Assembly (NCBI RefSeq): GCF_006345805.1
Contig: NC_043009.1
Coordinates: 39,184,001 to 39,248,000, forward strand
DNA from: Octopus sinensis
Lineage: Eukaryota
Direction of reading: 5' to 3'
Length of the DNA: 64,000 nt
The position numbers were made by a program, and so were the translations under genes. This document shows, one piece after another, positions 25,501-39,341 of the stretch (the stretch's first letter is position 1; the number at the start of each line of letters is the position of its first letter). The notes beneath the pieces are model-generated. The model was not told where the DNA came from. It saw only the letters and a list, made by a program, of their open reading frames with translations, and did not search any database.

Positions 25501-28500
25501 TTCTAGTGAGTTAGGATCCCAGAAAAACAGGGTCTCACTGAAGAATTCTCCCTGGGCAGATAAATTATCTTGTTTGCTGAATAGAAAGAAACTGCAGTCT
25601 GAGAATTTTCCGGTTTAGTAAATGTTTTTATCTTCATTTCACTTAATTTATCAAGCTTTTGTATTCCTAGCACATATTTCGCCTTAATGTACTGATATAT
25701 GAAAAATATATGGCTTGTGTTAGTAATACCAGCGATTATAATTATTTTTATTTTATCGCATTTGATTTGTTTACATATTTCTCGATAAATTATGAGCGCC
25801 AGGCGATATACCAGAATTCCCCAGTGTTGTCGGGACGTTCGGAGTCTGCGCAGTGATATGATTAGTTAGGAAGAGTAACTCATTAGACGCACATGCTTCT
25901 AGTGAGTTAGGATCCCAGAAAAACAGGGTCTCACTGAAGAATTCTCCCTGGGCAGATAAATTATCTTGTTTGCTGAATAGAAAGAAACTGCAGTCTGAGA
26001 ATTTTCCGGTTTAGTAAATGTTTTTATCTTCATTTCACTTAATTTATCAAGCTTTTGTATTCCTAGCACATATTTCGCCTTAATGTACTGATATATGAAA
26101 AATATATGGCTTGTGTTAGTAATACCAGCGATTATAATTATTTTTATTTTATCGCAATTTGATTTGTTTAATTCTCGATAAATTATGAGCGCCAGGCGAT
26201 ATACCAGAATTCCCAGTGTTGTCGGACGTTCGGAGTCTGCGCAGTGATATGATTAGTTAGGAAGAGTAACTCATTAGACGCACATGCTTCTAGTGAGTTA
26301 GGATCCCAGAAAAACAGGGTCTCACTGAAGAATTCTCCCTGGCAGATAAATTATCTTGTTTGCTGAATAGAAAGAAACTGCAGTCTGAGAATTTTCCGGT
26401 TTAGTAAATGTTTTTATCTTCATTCACTTAATTTATCAAGCTTTTGTATTCCTAGCACATATTTCGCCTTAATGTACTGATATATGAAAAATATATGGCT
26501 TGTGTTAGTAATACCAGCGATTATAATTATTTTTATTTTATCGCAATTTGATTTGTTTACATATTTCTCGATAAATTATGAGCGCCAGGCGATATACCAG
26601 AATTCCCAGTGTTGTCGGGACGTTCGGAGTCTGCGCAGTGATATGATTAGTTAGGAAGAGTAACTCATTAGACGCACATGCTTCTAGTGAGTTAGGATCC
26701 CAGAAAAACAGGGTCTCACTGAAGAATTCTCCCTGGGCAGATAAATTATCTTGTTTGCTGAATAGAAAGAAACTGCAGTCTGAGAATTTTCCGGTTTAGT
26801 AAATGTTTTTATCTTCATTTCACTTAATTTATCAAGCTTTTGTATTCCTAGCACATATTTCGCCTTAATGTACTGATATATGAAAAATATATGGCTTGTG
26901 TTAGTAATACCAGCGATTATAATTATTTTTATTTTATCGCAATTTGATTTGTTTACATATTTCTCGATAAATTATGAGCGCCAGGCGATATACCAGAATT
27001 CCCAGTGTTGTCGGGACGTTCGGAGTCTGCGCAGTGATATGATTAGTTAGGAAGAGTAACTCATTAGACGCACATGCTTCTAGTGAGTTAGGATCCCAGA
27101 AAAACAGGGTCTCACTGAAGAATTCTCCCTGGGCAGATAAATTATCTTGTTGCTGAATAGAAAGAAACTGCAGTCTGAGAATTTTCCGGTTTAGTAAATG
27201 TTTTTATCTTCATTTCACTTAATTTATCAAGCTTTTGTATTCCTAGCACATATTTCGCCTTAATGTACTGATATATGAAAAATATATGGCTGGTGTTAGT
27301 AATACCAGCGATTATAATTATTTTTATTTTATCGCAATTTGATTTGTTTACATATTTCTCGATAAATTATGAGCGCCAGGCGATATACCAGAATTCCCCA
27401 GTGTTGTCGGGACGTTCGGAGTCTGCGCAGTGATATGATTAGTTAGGAAGAGTAACTCATTAGACGCACATGCTTCTAGTGAGTTAGGATCCCAGAAAAA
27501 CAGGGTCTCACTGAAGAATTCTCCCTGGGCAGATAAATTATCTTGTTTGCTGAATAGAAAGAAACTGCAGTCTGAGAATTTTCCGGTTTAGTAAATGTTT
27601 TTATCTTCATTTCACTTAATTTATCAAGCTTTTGTATTCCTAGCACATATTTCGCCTTAATGTACTGATATATGAAAAATATATGGCTTGTGTTAGTAAT
27701 ACCAGCGATTATAATTATTTTTATTTTATCGCAATTTGATTTGTTACATATTTCTCGATAAATTATGAGCGCCAGGCGATATACCAGAATTCCCCAGTGT
27801 TGTCGGGACGTTCGGAGTCTGCGCAGTGATATGATTAGTTAGGAAGAGTAACTCATTAGACGCACATGCTTCTAGTGAGTTAGGATCCCAGAAAAACAGG
27901 GTCTCACTGAAGAATTCTCCCTGGGCAGATAAATTATCTTGTTTGCTGAATAGAAAGAAACTGCAGTCTGAGAATTTTCCGGTTTAGTAAATGTTTTTAT
28001 CTTCATTTCACTTAATTTATCAAGCTTTTGTATTCCTAGCACATATTTCGCCTTAATGTACTGATATATGAAAAATATATGGCTTGTGTTAGTAATACCA
28101 GCGATTATAATTATTTTTATTTTATCGCAATTTGATTTGTTTACATATTTCTCGATAAATTATGAGCGCCAGGCGATATACCAGAATTCCCAGTGTTGTC
28201 GGGACGTTCGGAGTCTGCGCAGTGATATGATTAGTTAGGAAGAGTAACTCATTAGACGCACATGCTTCTAGTGAGTTAGGATCCCAGAAAAACAGGGTCT
28301 CACTGAAGAATTCTCCCTGGGCAGATAAATTATCTTGTTTGCTGAATAGAAAGAAACTGCAGTCTGAGAATTTTCCGGTTTAGTAAATGTTTTTATCTTC
28401 ATTTCACTTAATTTATCAAGCTTTTGTATTCCTAGCACATATTTCGCCTTAATGTACTGATATATGAAAAATATATGGCTTGTGTTAGTAATACCAGCGA

Positions 28501-30126
28501 TTATAATTATTTTTATTTTATCGCAATTTGATTTGTTTACATATTTCTCGATAAATTATGAGCGCCAGGCGATATACCAGAATTCCCCAGTGTTGTCGGG
28601 ACGTTCGGAGTCTGCGCAGTGATATGATTAGTTAGGAAGAGTAACTCATTAGACGCACATGCTTCTAGTGAGTAGGATCCAGAAAAACAGGGTCTCACTG
28701 AAGATTTCTCCCTGGGCAAATAAATTATCTTGTTTGCTGAATAGAAAGAAACTGCAGTCTGAGAATTTTCCGGTTTAGTAAATGTTTTTATCTTCATTTC
28801 ACTTAATTTATCAAGCTTTTGTATTCCTAGCACATATTTCGCCTTAATGTACTGATATATGAAAAATATATGGCTTGTGTTAGTAATACCAGCGATTATA
28901 ATTATTTTTATTTTATCGCAATTTGATTTGTTTACATATTTCTCGATAAATTATGAGCGCCAGGCGATATACCAGAATTCCCCAGTGTTGTCGGGACGTT
29001 CGGAGTCTGCGCAGTGATATGATTAGTTAGGAAGAGTAACTCATTAGACGCACATGCTTCTAGTGAGTTAGGATCCCAGAAAAAACGGGTCTCACTGAAG
29101 AATTCTCCCTGGGCAGATAAATTATCTTGTTTGCTGAATAGAAAGAAACTGCAGTCTGAGAATTTTCCGGTTTAGTAAATGTTTTTATCTTCATTTCACT
29201 TAATTTATCAAGCTTTTGTATTCCTAGCACATATTTCGCCTTAATGTACTGATATATGAAAAATATATGGCTTGTGTTAGTAATACCAGCGATTATAATT
29301 ATTTTTATTTTATCGCAATTTGATTTGTTTACATATTTCTCGATAAATTATGAGCGCCAGGCGATATACCAGAATTCCCCAGTGTTGTCGGGACGTTCGA
29401 GTCTGCGCAGTGATATGATTAGTTAGGAAGAGTAACTCATTAGACGCACATGCTTCTAGTGAGTTAGGATCCCAGAAAAACAGGGTCTCACTGAAGAATT
29501 CTCCCTGGGCAGATAAATTATCTTGTTTGCTGAATAGAAAGAAACTGCAGTCTGAGAATTTTCCGGTTTAGTAAATGTTTTTATCTTCATTTCACTTAAT
29601 TTATCAAGCTTTTGTATTCCTAGCACATATTTCGCCTTATGTACTGATATATGAAAAATATATGGCTTGTGTTAGTAATACCAGCGATTATAATTATTTT
29701 TATTTTATCGCAATTTGATTTGTTTACATATTTCTCGATAAATTATGAGCGCCAGGCAATATACCAGAATTCCCCAGTGTTGTCGGGACGTTCGGAGTCT
29801 GCGCAGTGATATGATTAGTTAGGAAGAGTAACTCATTAGACGCACATGCTTCTAGTGAGTTAGGATCCCAGAAAAACAGGGTCTCACTGAAGAATTCTCC
29901 CTGGGCAGATAAATTATCTTGTTTGCTGAATAGAAAGAAACTGCAGTCTGAGAATTTTCCGGTTTAGTAAATGTTTTTATCTTCATTTCACTTAATTTAT
30001 CAAGCTTTTGTATTCCTAGCACATATTTCGCCTTAATGTACTGATATGAAAAATATATGGCTTGTGTTAGTAATACCAGCGATTATAATTATTTTTATTT
30101 TATCGCAATTTGATTTGTTTACATAT
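19597..30126 (+). repeat. Tandem array of ~397-bp units (~26.6 copies), retrozyme-like, one hammerhead per unit
   Basis: GAATTCTCCCTG marker at 19599, 19996, 20391, 20788 ... 29496, 29892 (27 starts, last unit partial). Units differ mostly by 1-nt indels; (TA)n on both flanks. Confidence 0.97.
19972..20066 (+). ncRNA. Type I hammerhead ribozyme (first complete copy; repeated 26 times in the array)
   Basis: Stem I TCTCA(19986-90)/TGAGA(20053-57); CTGAAGA 19991-97; stem II TTCT/AGAA plus GGCAGATAA/TTGTTTGCT; GAAA 20041-44; stem III C-TGCA-G; GUC triplet, predicted cleavage after 20052. Confidence 0.85.
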
Positions 30127-30251
30127 ATATATATATATAAACTTATATAAAGAGAATATGAGTGTGTGTATGAAGTGTGTACATATGTCTATACCACTGC
30201 GCTGCATAGTGTTTTGACGGTGTTTTAATGATTTCATCTGCTAGCCGCCTT

Positions 30252-30286
<35 letters not shown>

Positions 30287-30298
30287 ATAATAATAACA

Positions 30299-30510
30299 AT
30301 CCTTTCTACTTTAGGGACAAGGCCTGAAATTTTGAGGAGGCGGTAGTCGATTACATGAACCCCAGCACTCAACTGGTATTAAATTATCGCATCTGAAGGG
30401 ACGAAAGGCAAAGACGATCTCAGCGGAATTTGAACTCAGAACGTAGCAACGGGCGAAATACGGCTACGCATTTCGCCTGGCGTGCTAACGATTCTGCCAG
30501 CTCGTCGCCT
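30299..30510 (-). mobile_element. SINE family B
   Basis: Reverse complement of the family B head and body. Confidence 0.85.
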
Positions 30511-30534
30511 TCATCATAATAATAGTAATAATAG

Positions 30535-31329
30535 TAATGGGCTACAGCAAATATTCTGCTCAGTACCAAATATTTGCTTGTCATTTGTTTGACCTTAACC
30601 AGCTTAGCATATCTCTTAGTGGCTGATGATATGTGCATCTCTCATCACGGGTAGAAGTAGTGGGGAGCATCATAAATATGAGTTGAGAGGAATTATTTGG
30701 GGTCTAGATAATTCACCTCTGAAAACATGGGTGTTTTGTTCAACATCTTTGTATAACCCTTATTCAAGGACCTTTTGAGCGGGATAGGCTACTCGTCCTG
30801 AAGAAAATTCTAACTGGGCCCCACCTGCAAGTTCATGCGCTATTTAGAAAAGGGAATGTTCCATATCGTAAGGCAAAAATGTTATGTGTTTAGTATAAGC
30901 AGTGAAATCTACGACGGAATAATTACTATTCCGTCGTGTAGTGACTTCGCCCTCGTGTCACAACCTGCACATCAGTGTTTATCTGGGAACTTGGCTTCCA
31001 GATCTGTGCGACCTACAAATGCCGCTGTTAGGACCGGATGAACACCCATAGGGACACTAACGAGTCATGGGTCTTCCATTCAACAGCCTTGAACAACCCT
31101 CAGTCAGGGACCTTCTGAGAGGGATGGGCTACTCCATTTGAAGAAAATTCTAACTATGTCCCACCTGAAAGGTCATGTGCTCTTTAACTTGATATGAGAT
31201 CACAATGTCGCGCCTATATGGTTGTAATGCAAGTGTATACTTATCAGACGGGTAGTCATGATGGGTATATTGGGCTTCATATATTTGTACCCCAGTGTCA
31301 CTATGATGGCATGCGCTGTTCTCGCATTC

Positions 31330-31330
<1 letters not shown>
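30535..31330 (+). mobile_element. (AAT)n-tailed retroposon family pieces with a ~103-bp overlap around a ~235-bp spacer
   Basis: 30739-30841 is similar to 31079-31181. The 3' end (accccagtgtcact.tgatg.catgc.ctg.tctc.ca.tc + (AAT)n) recurs at 32347-32401 and 33423-33477. Confidence 0.55.
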
Positions 31331-31384
<54 letters not shown>

Positions 31385-31414
31385 TTAATAATAATAATAA
31401 TAATAATAATCATG

Positions 31415-31447
<33 letters not shown>

Positions 31448-31513
31448 TAATAATATAATAATAATAATAATAATGATAATAATAATAATAATAATTATAA
31501 TAATGATAGTAAT

Positions 31514-31721
31514 AATCCTTTCTACTAAAAGCACAAGGCCTGAATTTGGAGGAAGGGGACTAGTCGATTACATCGACCCCAGAGTTTCACTGGTACTTAA
31601 TTAATCGACCCCCAAAAGATAAAAGGCAAAGTCGACCTCGGCGGAATTTGAACTCAGAATGTAGTGACGGGCGCAATACCACTAAGCATTTCGTCCAGTG
31701 TGCAAACGATTCTGCCAGCTC
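31514..31721 (-). mobile_element. SINE family B
   Basis: Reverse complement of family B, between (AAT)n and (GAT)n tracts. Confidence 0.85.
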
Positions 31722-31733
31722 ACGATGATGATA

Positions 31734-31805
<72 letters not shown>

Positions 31806-31807
<2 letters not shown>

Positions 31808-32072
31808 CCAAGCCAAAGATAGGAAAAGTTTGCGGAAGGCAAAGGTGACGATTGGTAACGTTGTGACTGGTACACTTGGTACAACACCCGAACTAATACT
31901 TAAGAGGCTGAAGAGTATTGGAGTGGAGACACGAATTATCGAACAGCAGGAAAGTACCATTGTGTATTCAGTAAGAATCCAAAGAAAGGTTCTTGAGCTC
32001 TTTAGGGTGCTTCTCCTCACCAAACTTGAAGATAACATCCGTTCTAATGAGATTAACGTAGCTTAGCTTTCG
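31806..32072 (+). mobile_element. R4/Dong-like non-LTR retrotransposon 3' end
   Basis: KVTIGNVVTGTLGTTPELILKRLKSIGVETRIIEQQESTIVYSVRIQRKVLE resembles the C-terminus of RLE-bearing R4/Dong ORFs (VVxGALGT...LQK...ARILRKVL); followed by (AAT)n. Confidence 0.6.
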
Positions 32073-32087
32073 AATAATAATAATAAC

Positions 32088-32146
<59 letters not shown>

Positions 32147-32166
32147 TAATAATAATAATAATAATG

Positions 32167-32234
<68 letters not shown>

Positions 32235-32298
32235 AATAATAATAATAATAATGATAATAATAATAATAATAATGATGACGATGATAATAATAATAATG

Positions 32299-32329
<31 letters not shown>

Positions 32330-32457
32330 TAATAATAATAATAATAATGGGGTATATTTCACCCCAGTGTCACTTTGATGTCATGCACTGCTCTCTCACT
32401 CAATAATAATAATAATAATAGTTGTTTGTAGTAGTAGTAGTAGTAGTAGTAGTATTT

Positions 32458-32490
<33 letters not shown>

Positions 32491-32982
32491 TTTGTAGTAG
32501 TAGTAGTAGTAGTGGTGGTGGTGGTGGTGGTGGTGGTGGTGGTAGTAGTAGTAGCAGTAGCAAAAGTAGTTGTAGCAGCAGCCATAGTAGTAGTAGTAGT
32601 AGTAGTAGTTGTATTCGCAACAAAAAATAAATTTGTTAATTAAGGAAATTACTTTTTCTTAATCATAAAAGAAATGCAAAACTTACATGGCAAATTTCCC
32701 ATCTCAGTACAAAATATAGTAGGAGATATTTTTTTAATACTTAAGTCTTAAAATTTTGCTATATAGATATGTGCATTAGTGTATTTCAGTTTGATAAAGA
32801 TTATTTTTACTAAAACTAGAAAATGCGTCTAAGAAATTATCACAGCTCTATAGATTTTTCAGAAACAAACTCCGTATTATTTGCTAATATTAGCCTAAGA
32901 TAAGATTGCAAAAGAGAGAAAGAGAGAAAGAGAGAAAGAGAGAAAAAGAAAAGAAATAATAATGATGATAATAATAATATAA

Positions 32983-33025
<43 letters not shown>

Positions 33026-33080
33026 AAGATAATAATAATAATAATAATAATAATATAATAATGATAATGATAATAATAAT

Positions 33081-33116
<36 letters not shown>

Positions 33117-33117
33117 G

Positions 33118-33174
<57 letters not shown>

Positions 33175-33213
33175 TGATAATAATTTTAATAATAATATAA
33201 TAATAATAATATA

Positions 33214-33248
<35 letters not shown>

Positions 33249-33362
33249 ATAATAATAATAATAATATAATAATATAATAATGATGATGATGATGATTGAT
33301 GATGATGATGATAATAATAATAATAATAAATAATAATAATAATAATAATAATGATGACGATG

Positions 33363-33405
<43 letters not shown>

Positions 33406-33533
33406 TAATAATAATAATAATAATGGGGTATATTTCACCCCAGTGTCACTTTGATGTCATGCACTGCTCTCTCACTCAATAATAATAATAATAATAGTTG
33501 TTTGTAGTAGTAGTAGTAGTAGTAGTAGTATTT

Positions 33534-33566
<33 letters not shown>

Positions 33567-34051
33567 TTTGTAGTAGTAGTAGTAGTAGTGTGGTGGTGGT
33601 GGTGGTGGTGGTGGTGGTAGTAGTAGTAGCAGTAGCAAAAGTAGTTGTAGCAGCAGCCATAGTAGTAGTAGTAGTAGTAGTAGTTGTATTCGCAACAAAA
33701 AATAAATTTGTTAATTAAGGAAATTACTTTTTCTTAATCATAAAAGAAATGCAAAACTTACATGGCAAATTTCCCATCTCAGTACAAAATATAGTAGGAG
33801 ATATTTTTTTAATACTTAAGTCTTAAAATTTTGCTATATAGATATGTGCATTAGTGTATTTCAGTTTGATAAAGATTATTTTTACTAAAACTAGAAAATG
33901 CGTCTAAGAAATTATCACAGCTCTATAGATTTTTCAGAAACAAACTCCGTATTATTTGCTAATATTAGCCTTAAGATAAGATTGCAAAAGAGAGAAAGAG
34001 AGAAAGAGAGAAAGAGAGAAAGAGAGAAAAAGAAAAGAAATAATAATGATG

Positions 34052-34124
<73 letters not shown>

Positions 34125-34209
34125 TAATAATAATATAATAATAATAATAATGATGATGATAATAATAATATTAATAATAATAATAATATAATAATAATAA
34201 ATAATAATG

Positions 34210-34253
<44 letters not shown>

Positions 34254-34372
34254 TAATAATAATATGATAATAATTTTAATAATAATAATAATAATAATAA
34301 TAATATAATATAATAATAATATAATGATAATAATAATAATAATAATATAATAATAATAATAATAATAATAAT
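32073..34372. repeat. (AAT)n/(GTA)n-rich region containing a ~1075-bp tandem duplication
   Basis: Unique blocks at 32347 and 33423, and at 32611-32965 and 33686-34050, are near-identical. Confidence 0.9.
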
Positions 34373-34950
34373 GAGAGAATGAAATAGTATAACTCAGTTA
34401 ACCAATCATGAATTTGTAAATTATTTCCCCGAAATTCCAAGGAAAAGCATCGCTTGATATGCACAGGATACAAAAATAGATAATCTAATAATGAAATTAA
34501 AATAATATAATTGGATCATGATCATCTTCGTTGTCAACATCCCTACCTTCTACTCCTCCTCACATCGCCTTCATCCGTTATTATTCATCATTGACACAAT
34601 CACTACCATCGACTATATAAAAAAAAGAGCAGAACGCCTCCATCTGCACAATATCATCCTCTGCTTTTTTTTTTGTTTGTTTTTTTTTTTTTTGGTTAAT
34701 CCCGTTCCTTCTCCTTCCGTACTTTATTGTCATAGTGACTGATATTGGCGTCGTTGTGGCTGATGTTGTTCTAGTTCGTGCTGTAGATGCTGTCTTTCAG
34801 CTTGAACTTCGTGGTTGGTTAGCAACAACTTCGACACAAAATGGATATGCATAAAAATCACTCAGCATGAATCTCAGATTCATTCATATCCTTGCTTCTA
34901 AATGCATACCTACACACACATACACACACACATGCATACATACATACCTA

Positions 34951-35009
<59 letters not shown>

Positions 35010-35640
35010 TTATTCCACGCTAACATATTTTACGTCTATGTAATCTATGCAATATGTATTACTCTCTCGTTCTTTGAAAAGCATGTGTAAAAATTAAAGC
35101 ATTTCCTCCTATAATTTGTTACATTATTCAAATCCAAGGGATTCCCTTTACAGAAATCATGTGTTGAATTTTGTAACCAGTTATATTATTTGTGTATTCA
35201 GTTTCACATTTAATTCACCTACACCGACTTCATCAAAATGACTTCGAAAAACGTTCTCCTACTTCTTATGTCTATCGGCCATCACCAATTAACAACTCTC
35301 GCTTAATGACACGGCATCGATCGTGTAAATCATTTAAAACATATTTTGCTAGTCATCACATAACAATTTTGCAATTCATTACTATAACACGTCTTCAAAT
35401 TCAGATTGGAGTTCCAATTTTAGAAAAAAAATATGTGTTAATCCAAATGTGTGAAATAAGAAACACAATCAGTGCATTGTTTCATCTACCTAAACTTCAA
35501 TAGAACACAATTTGAACCACGTACGCCGCTAGAAATGCAATTCTAAACAGTTGCTGAGGGTAACTCCTGTCCAAAGTACATTTCGAACTTAAACGTTGTA
35601 TCACAAATGCGAGTCTTATTTTCTAGATCTTCAAAATGCT

Positions 35641-36762
35641 TCAGCCACAAACTCCTGAGCTCCTAGAGAACGTGACCAATTGCCACTTGTATTTCTTCCT
35701 TTTCACCTCCGCTTGCTTCGGCTCCCGACCTGATCTGCCCGGGCATGCAGAAACATCATAACCAAAAATATAAACGCTTCTTTTGACCTGTTGTAACGCT
35801 GTTTCTTCCTCTGCGCCTTCTTCCACTATTAATTCTGTTAGTGTTTCGCACCTATTTCTCTTTGCCTCCGTCTCAATCTCTTTTAACCTTTTTTGAATCT
35901 TTGGGGGAAAGCTCACCCGTTCTTTTCCCTTCCTCCTGTTTACTAATGTGAACGATTCCTCCACTCTATCAATCTCTTTTACTGGTACTACTTCTTCGGT
36001 ACTGTTTTCTTTGCGTTTCTTCTCCCCTTCGTTTTCCTTCTCGGAACACCTTACTTTCATATGCCCTTTTTTTGCCGCATAGGAAGCATGTTGGTGGTCT
36101 TCCTTCTACTACTATTCGAAGTCTGGTGTCATCTGGGAGTATTATTTCCTCTGTTATACCAAACAGGTCTTTCAAACTCACCTGTATGACCATTTCGAGG
36201 CCATACCCCGACAAATTGACCTTTTCGGTCGTGGTTATCTTGAGGACTTTCGCCTCACCCTCCATACCGTGCATTATGGATGCCACCAGTCATTCTTCGT
36301 TGATTTCGGGGGGCACTCTTACAACTCTCACTCTCGTAACGCATTTGCCACAGTACGTCGGAAGAAGTACCTATTACGGTGCCCTTATCGGCTCCGTGGA
36401 GTGGCTCATGGCATCTTCTTGCGCCGTATTTTTTTACCACGTGTGTGGAATGTGGTCAATAGTTTTACGTTTTCGAGGTACTTCTTTATTACTTCTATCG
36501 GGGCAACCTCTATCTTGTTCGAGGACGTGGACAACGTCCTGTACATTACCGTCCTCTTCGCTACGTTGTTTATCAGTTCTTCTGGAGGAGTCAGCTTTCG
36601 ACTGGATCCTTCCTTTTTTAGCAATTTGCTTGCTTCCTTCCATTTTCGTGTCTCAGTTGTTATTGCTTGTACTTCCAGGGTGTTGGCATTTATTCCTTGA
36701 GTCCTTGTCACTGCGTAACTTTGCCCACTCTCCCTCTCTCTTTCTTTCCCCACTTCTCCCAT
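35641..36762 (-). pseudogene. L1/Tx1-type LINE ORF1 (gag-like, CCHC zinc knuckle), frameshifted
   Basis: Joined frames give ...PTYCGKCVTRVRVVRVPPEINEEWL...GYGLEMVIQV...VVEGRPPTCFLCGKK/GHMKVRC (CX2CX4HX4C split by a frameshift at the T-run ~36067-72), then a K/E-rich tail. Confidence 0.75.
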
Positions 36763-37030
36763 AGATAGGGATAAAGAAATGCAAACAAAATAGTGACGAA
36801 AATTCAACAATTAAAGCAATTCAACGAATCTTGGTTCATCAGCGCGGGGAAAACTACAACAAAAATAACAGTGCGTAACAATAACAGTGTGTATCGATTC
36901 GAACTCATGTCAGAAAACACTACGAACATCCATATTACGAAACAATGTATAATATAAAGCATATTACTTTAAAGTATAATATACTTTAAAGTATATTAAT
37001 GTATATTACAACGCTATATATAACATAGTT

Positions 37031-38240
<1,210 letters not shown>

Positions 38241-38241
38241 C

Positions 38242-38481
38242 ATACGTAAATGCCTCACGCTAGGAGGGACTCTTACAGACAAAACTATCATAATAAATAT
38301 TATGTTTATTATGGTAGTTTTAACTGTAAGAGTTCCTCCTAGCGCGAGGCATTTATGTATAGTAATGCCCTTAATATAAATAAATATATTTAAGAGGAAT
38401 AATTGATGGATTTTCCCTTATGAGGTTTTTCACGCTAACTACTTAATACATTCTTATAAAGATTTTATCCTATTTTTCAAT
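38242..38481 (+). mobile_element. Long-hairpin repeat element (~58-bp arms, 3-nt loop) plus conserved 3' tail
   Basis: 38242-38299 pairs with 38303-38360; same family as 19216-19521; (TA)n on both sides. Confidence 0.8.
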
Positions 38482-38487
38482 TGCGTG

Positions 38488-38564
<77 letters not shown>

Positions 38565-39084
38565 TATATATATCCTAGCGTTGCAGAAAGAGCAAGTGAT
38601 GGACATATCTCCAATGTTCATATCTGGGTACCAATCATAATGAAGCTTAGGGTTGTAGTCGAAACCTTTTAATGGCCATCATGAGTTGCATGGTGTTGAA
38701 AACCCCCGGCTATTAGCTCTTTGTTGAACGGAAGTCTGCAAGCATAGTAAATCTCTGTTGTAAGGTATGAGAAGCTCGCGCAGTAGCCATGTTGGCAGCA
38801 TTCCTCTCCAGGTGTGAAATGCGTTTGTCTTCGTCCTCTGCACCTGCTGCGGTAATAATTAACTGGTAGTTGAACGGTAAATGTGTAATATAAAATGATG
38901 TTAATGTTATGACATTAGAATTAAAAGTGTAATAATAAAACTGAAGCAATTTTATGTGACTTTACAATATAGATGCTATTGTCTCACTTTTGTCGCATAA
39001 GAGTGAACTAGTGCAAAAGATCGCTCTGTGCACACATTAGGCAAGAAGTTAGAAATTGCTTTGGTACATGACACTCCATAGGCA

Positions 39085-39305
39085 TACTCTTTTACTCTTT
39101 TACTTGTTTCAGTCATTTGACTGCGGCCATGCTGGAGCACCGCCTTTAGTCGAGGAAATCGACCCCCAGGACTTATTCTTTGTAAGCCTAGTACTTATTC
39201 TATCGGTTTCTTTTGCCGAACCGCTATGTGACGGGGACATAAACACACCAGCATCGGTTGTCAAGCAATGCTAGGGGCACAAACACAGACAAACATACAT
39301 ATACG

Positions 39306-39341
<36 letters not shown>

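Noticed and set aside
19923-28833. Recurrent minus-strand ORFs in the 397-bp unit (MLGIQKLDKLSEMK...)
   Set aside because: They appear only in units where an indel or substitution removes a stop, show no recognisable domain, and the unit length is not a multiple of 3.
19597-30126. CRISPR array or 5S/tRNA/snRNA gene cluster
   Set aside because: No variable spacers, eukaryotic context, and no recognisable 5S, tRNA or snRNA sequence in the unit.
36800-36850. CTGATGA on the minus strand between the PLE and ORF1 remnants (also CTGANGA hits near 13577, 15582, 18706, 39534, 44947)
   Set aside because: No correctly placed GAAA with paired stems I-III.
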